From assembly GCA_019038705.1 (NCBI GenBank), contig JAHOYX010000019.1:1-57502 (forward strand): a stretch of 57,502 bases of DNA, in the 5' to 3' direction. Shown here in pieces: positions 55,153 to 57,502 of the stretch; positions within the stretch are counted from its first letter, which is position 1, and the number at the start of each line of letters is the position of its first letter. Made by a program: the position numbers and the translations under genes. The stretch is from Spirochaetales bacterium (GTDB taxonomy: Bacteria > Spirochaetota > Spirochaetia > DSM-27196 > SLST01). The notes beneath the pieces are model-generated. The model did not search any database. It was given only the letters and a program-made list of their open reading frames with translations, and was not told the DNA's origin.

Positions 55153-56049
55153 ATGATACTTGATGGCAGTGCACTTTCAAAAACCCTTCGTGAAGAGGTT
55201 GCAGAGGCAACACGCGGATCCGGCGTCAAACCGGGTCTTGCCACAATCCTGGTTGGAGATGATCCGGCGAGTTTTTCCTATGTGGGCAGCAAACAGCGGG
55301 CCTGCGAACGAGCGGGATTCAAAGCAGAAGATGTCCGGCTGCCCGGGCAAACGACCCAGGCAGAGCTTGAGGACGTGATCCAGGGACTGAACGCTCGCGA
55401 CGATATTCACGGTGTTCTCGTCCAGCAGCCGCTCCCGAAACAGATTGATACCGAGGTCATCGTAGCTTCGGTGGATCCGGACAAGGACGTCGACGGATTT
55501 CATCCCGTCAATCTGGGACGATTGATGCGAGGCGATCGCGGATTCCTGCCGTGCACGCCGTTCGGTATCACCCGGCTCTTGTCGTCGGCGGGCATCTCGG
55601 TCTCCGGCAAGAACGTGGTTATCGTCGGCCGGAGCCTCCTCGTCGGCAAACCACTGGCTCTTATGTTCCTCGCCAAGATGGGGCAGGGGGGCGGTCTTCA
55701 GGACACCGGGGATGCAACGGTTACGGTCTGTCACAGCAGAACATGCGATTTGCCGGCCGTCACCCTTGGCGCCGATATCCTCGTGTGTGCCATCGGGATT
55801 CCGGAGTTCGTCCGTGCGGACATGGTCCGGGAAGGCGCGACGGTCGTGGACGTGGGGATCAACCGCGTGGACGACTCCACGAAACCACGTGGATACCGTC
55901 TCGTCGGCGATGTCATGTACGATGAGGTGGCAGAGAAGGCGGGAGCAATCACTCCTGTCCCCGGCGGAGTCGGCCCCATGACGGTCACGATGCTCCTCTA
56001 CAACACCCTTCAGTCGGCTCGGAAACTCTACTCGCAAGATCCTCTGTAG
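55153..56049 (+). CDS. folD: Bifunctional methylenetetrahydrofolate dehydrogenase/methenyl-THF cyclohydrolase
   Basis: Contains MILDGSALSKTLREEV...LATILVGDDPAS.SYV..K...VVIVGRSLLVGKP...PVPGGVGPMT. Confidence 0.93.
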   Translation: MILDGSALSKTLREEVAEATRGSGVKPGLATILVGDDPASFSYVGSKQRACERAGFKAEDVRLPGQTTQAELEDVIQGLNARDDIHGVLVQQPLPKQIDTEVIVASVDPDKDVDGFHPVNLGRLMRGDRGFLPCTPFGITRLLSSAGISVSGKNVVIVGRSLLVGKPLALMFLAKMGQGGGLQDTGDATVTVCHSRTCDLPAVTLGADILVCAIGIPEFVRADMVREGATVVDVGINRVDDSTKPRGYRLVGDVMYDEVAEKAGAITPVPGGVGPMTVTMLLYNTLQSARKLYSQDPL

Positions 56050-56058
56050 GCACCTGAG

Positions 56059-56742
56059 GTGAATCGCGTCGAATCGGTGCAGGATCGCATTCATGTGACC
56101 AATGTGCTGATAAGCGTGTCCGACAAGCACGAGCTCGAGCATCTTGTGCCCGGGCTTCTGGGAATGGATGAAGTAACGCTCTACTCGACCGGGGGTACCT
56201 ATGATCACATCCGGTCCATGATGCACGCGAACGATCAGCACCGCCTGAAGAAGGTCAGCGACTACACAGGTCAACCCGAGATGCAGGGAGGCCTCGTGAA
56301 GACGCTCGACTACAGGATCTATCTTGGTCTTCTGAGCGAGCCGTTCAATGAGGCGCATGCTGCAGATCGAGAGCGGGCCGGTGCGAAGCTGATTGACATG
56401 GTGGTGGTGAATCTCTACCCGTTCCGAAGCGTCGCACGCCGACGGGGTGCGGATTTGGAGGACGCGCGGGGCAACATTGATATTGGCGGCCCGTGCATGC
56501 TCCGCGCTGCGGCAAAGAGCTTCGTTCGAGTGGCTGCAGTCTGTGACCCGGCTGACTACACGACTATTGTTGAGGAACTCCGGACCAGCGGCGGGGGATT
56601 GTCTCTGTCCACCCGTTTCCGTCTGGCTCAGAAGGCTTTTGGACATACAGCACAGTACGATCGGGCCATTGCAGATTATCTATCGGACACGAGTTTCCAG
56701 AGTGTGTCCTCCACCTACCGCCATGAGCGCCGGGCGGAGTAG
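56059..56742 (+). CDS. purH: Stand-alone IMP cyclohydrolase (MGS-like N-terminal domain of PurH)
   Basis: Has VLISVSDKH, YSTGGT, MQGGLVKTLD, VVVNLYPF and IDIGGPCMLRAAAKSF motifs. It ends at TAG 56740..56742. Confidence 0.85.
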   Translation: MNRVESVQDRIHVTNVLISVSDKHELEHLVPGLLGMDEVTLYSTGGTYDHIRSMMHANDQHRLKKVSDYTGQPEMQGGLVKTLDYRIYLGLLSEPFNEAHAADRERAGAKLIDMVVVNLYPFRSVARRRGADLEDARGNIDIGGPCMLRAAAKSFVRVAAVCDPADYTTIVEELRTSGGGLSLSTRFRLAQKAFGHTAQYDRAIADYLSDTSFQSVSSTYRHERRAE

Positions 56743-56744
56743 CC

Positions 56745-57502
56745 ATGGCTTCACCCGGCATCTATCAGCGCATTAACCCGGACGATTTCCCTCGGAACAT
56801 GGAAATCAGCTTCTTTGACGACCAGCACCGGCAGACCCTTTTCTACGAGAAGGTGACCTGGACGATAGATGGGGAGAACCGGGGCCTCCGATACGGTGAG
56901 AACCCCGACCAGCAGGCCGCGCTCTACCGCCCGGTCAACGGTAACCTCTGCCTTGGCGAGGTTGAATGCATCTCGCCCGGCCGTTTTCTCGCTTCCGATA
57001 TCGAACTGCTCCAGGCCGGGAAACATCCCGGCAAAATCAACGTGACCGATGCTGATAGTGCGCTCAATATCCTTCGGTATCTCTCCGATCGGCCCGCAAC
57101 GGTGATCGTCAAACACAACAATCCGAGCGGCGTGGCAGTCGCCGACACGCTTGCAGAGAGCTATCAGCGTGCCTACCTCGCCGATCGCGTCGCGGCGTTT
57201 GGCGGGGTTGTCGCCGTGAACCGGGAGTTGGACATGGAGACCGCCGAACACATAGCTTCGAGCTATTCGGAGGTTGTTGTGGCGGCGGAGTACGCCGAGG
57301 GAACGATTGAAGTGCTCTCACGGCGCGAGAATCTTCGGGTCATGAGAATCGCGAATCTTGATCGATTGCAGGAATACCGTGCCCATCGTGTGGTGGAACT
57401 CGATACATTGATAGATGGTGGGATTGTGGCGCAGTGGTCGCAGGTCCCGAAGGCGGCTTCCCCAGATGAATATGCACTCGCGGAGAGTGTACACAGGGGG
57501 GA
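56745..57502 (+). CDS. purH: Stand-alone AICAR formyltransferase (C-terminal domain of PurH); 3' end runs off the window (not in the ORF track)
   Basis: My own translation from ATG 56745 gives MASPGIYQRI...LRYGENPDQQAALY...VIVKHNNPSGVAV. I checked it to position 57502 and found no stop. GGAG lies 5 nt upstream of the ATG. Confidence 0.85.
   Translation, partial: MASPGIYQRINPDDFPRNMEISFFDDQHRQTLFYEKVTWTIDGENRGLRYGENPDQQAALYRPVNGNLCLGEVECISPGRFLASDIELLQAGKHPGKINVTDADSALNILRYLSDRPATVIVKHNNPSGVAVADTLAESYQRAYLADRVAAFGGVVAVNRELDMETAEHIASSYSEVVVAAEYAEGTIEVLSRRENLRVMRIANLDRLQEYRAHRVVELDTLIDGGIVAQWSQVPKAASPDEYALAESVHRG

Noticed and set aside
55177-56646. 489-aa minus-strand ORF spanning folD and the IMP cyclohydrolase gene
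   Set aside because: It lies antisense to two genes with clear catalytic motifs, crosses their intergenic gap, and has no recognisable domain.
1-57502. Mobile elements, prophage, CRISPR-Cas, toxin-antitoxin or other defence islands; tRNA, rRNA or tmRNA genes
   Set aside because: I recognised no transposase, integrase, Cas or phage-like ORF, no spaced direct-repeat arrays and no terminal inverted repeats. Every intergenic region is under 125 nt and lacks tRNA-like conserved T-loop sequences.

Overview
High-GC (roughly 60%) bacterial chromosomal segment. Gene content and synteny (7-gene V-type ATPase operon with a DUF2764-like gene, uvrA followed by a giant OstA/LptD-like protein, many lipoproteins) suggest a spirochaete; this is a low-confidence inference. 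I found no rRNA, tRNA, CRISPR array, IS element, integrase or recognisable defence genes. The window has two parts. (1) Positions 1-17.7 kb, all on the minus strand, hold one tightly overlapping 13-gene operon. It runs YgfK-like Fe-S flavoprotein, SsnA-like amidohydrolase, FAD/2Fe-2S/Mo hydroxylase set, cyclic amidohydrolase, a second SsnA paralog, YgeY-like M20 peptidase, YgeW-like carbamoyltransferase, ThrC-like PLP enzyme and a second Mo/2Fe-2S/FAD hydroxylase set, then runs off the left edge. This is the 'selenium-dependent molybdenum hydroxylase / anaerobic purine-urate catabolism' neighbourhood. Its individual reactions are still largely unassigned, so it is the most interesting system here. 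(2) Positions 17.7-57.5 kb hold a long, mostly plus-strand housekeeping run: small Zn-ribbon protein, murI, rsgA, mutS2, lipoproteins, V-ATPase operon, uvrA, LptD-like protein, phoH-ybeY-corC, TPR proteins, pgk-tpiA-secG, J-domain protein, SurA-like PPIase, nusB, map, htrA, a phosphoribosyltransferase, one minus-strand lipoprotein/OMP pair, folD and a purH split into two genes. Several sigma70-like promoters can be read directly. Secondary observations include a shared promoter-like element at the only two sizeable gaps of the purine operon, a complete Na+-ligand signature in the V-ATPase K subunit, a probably leaderless lipoprotein mRNA and the split purH.
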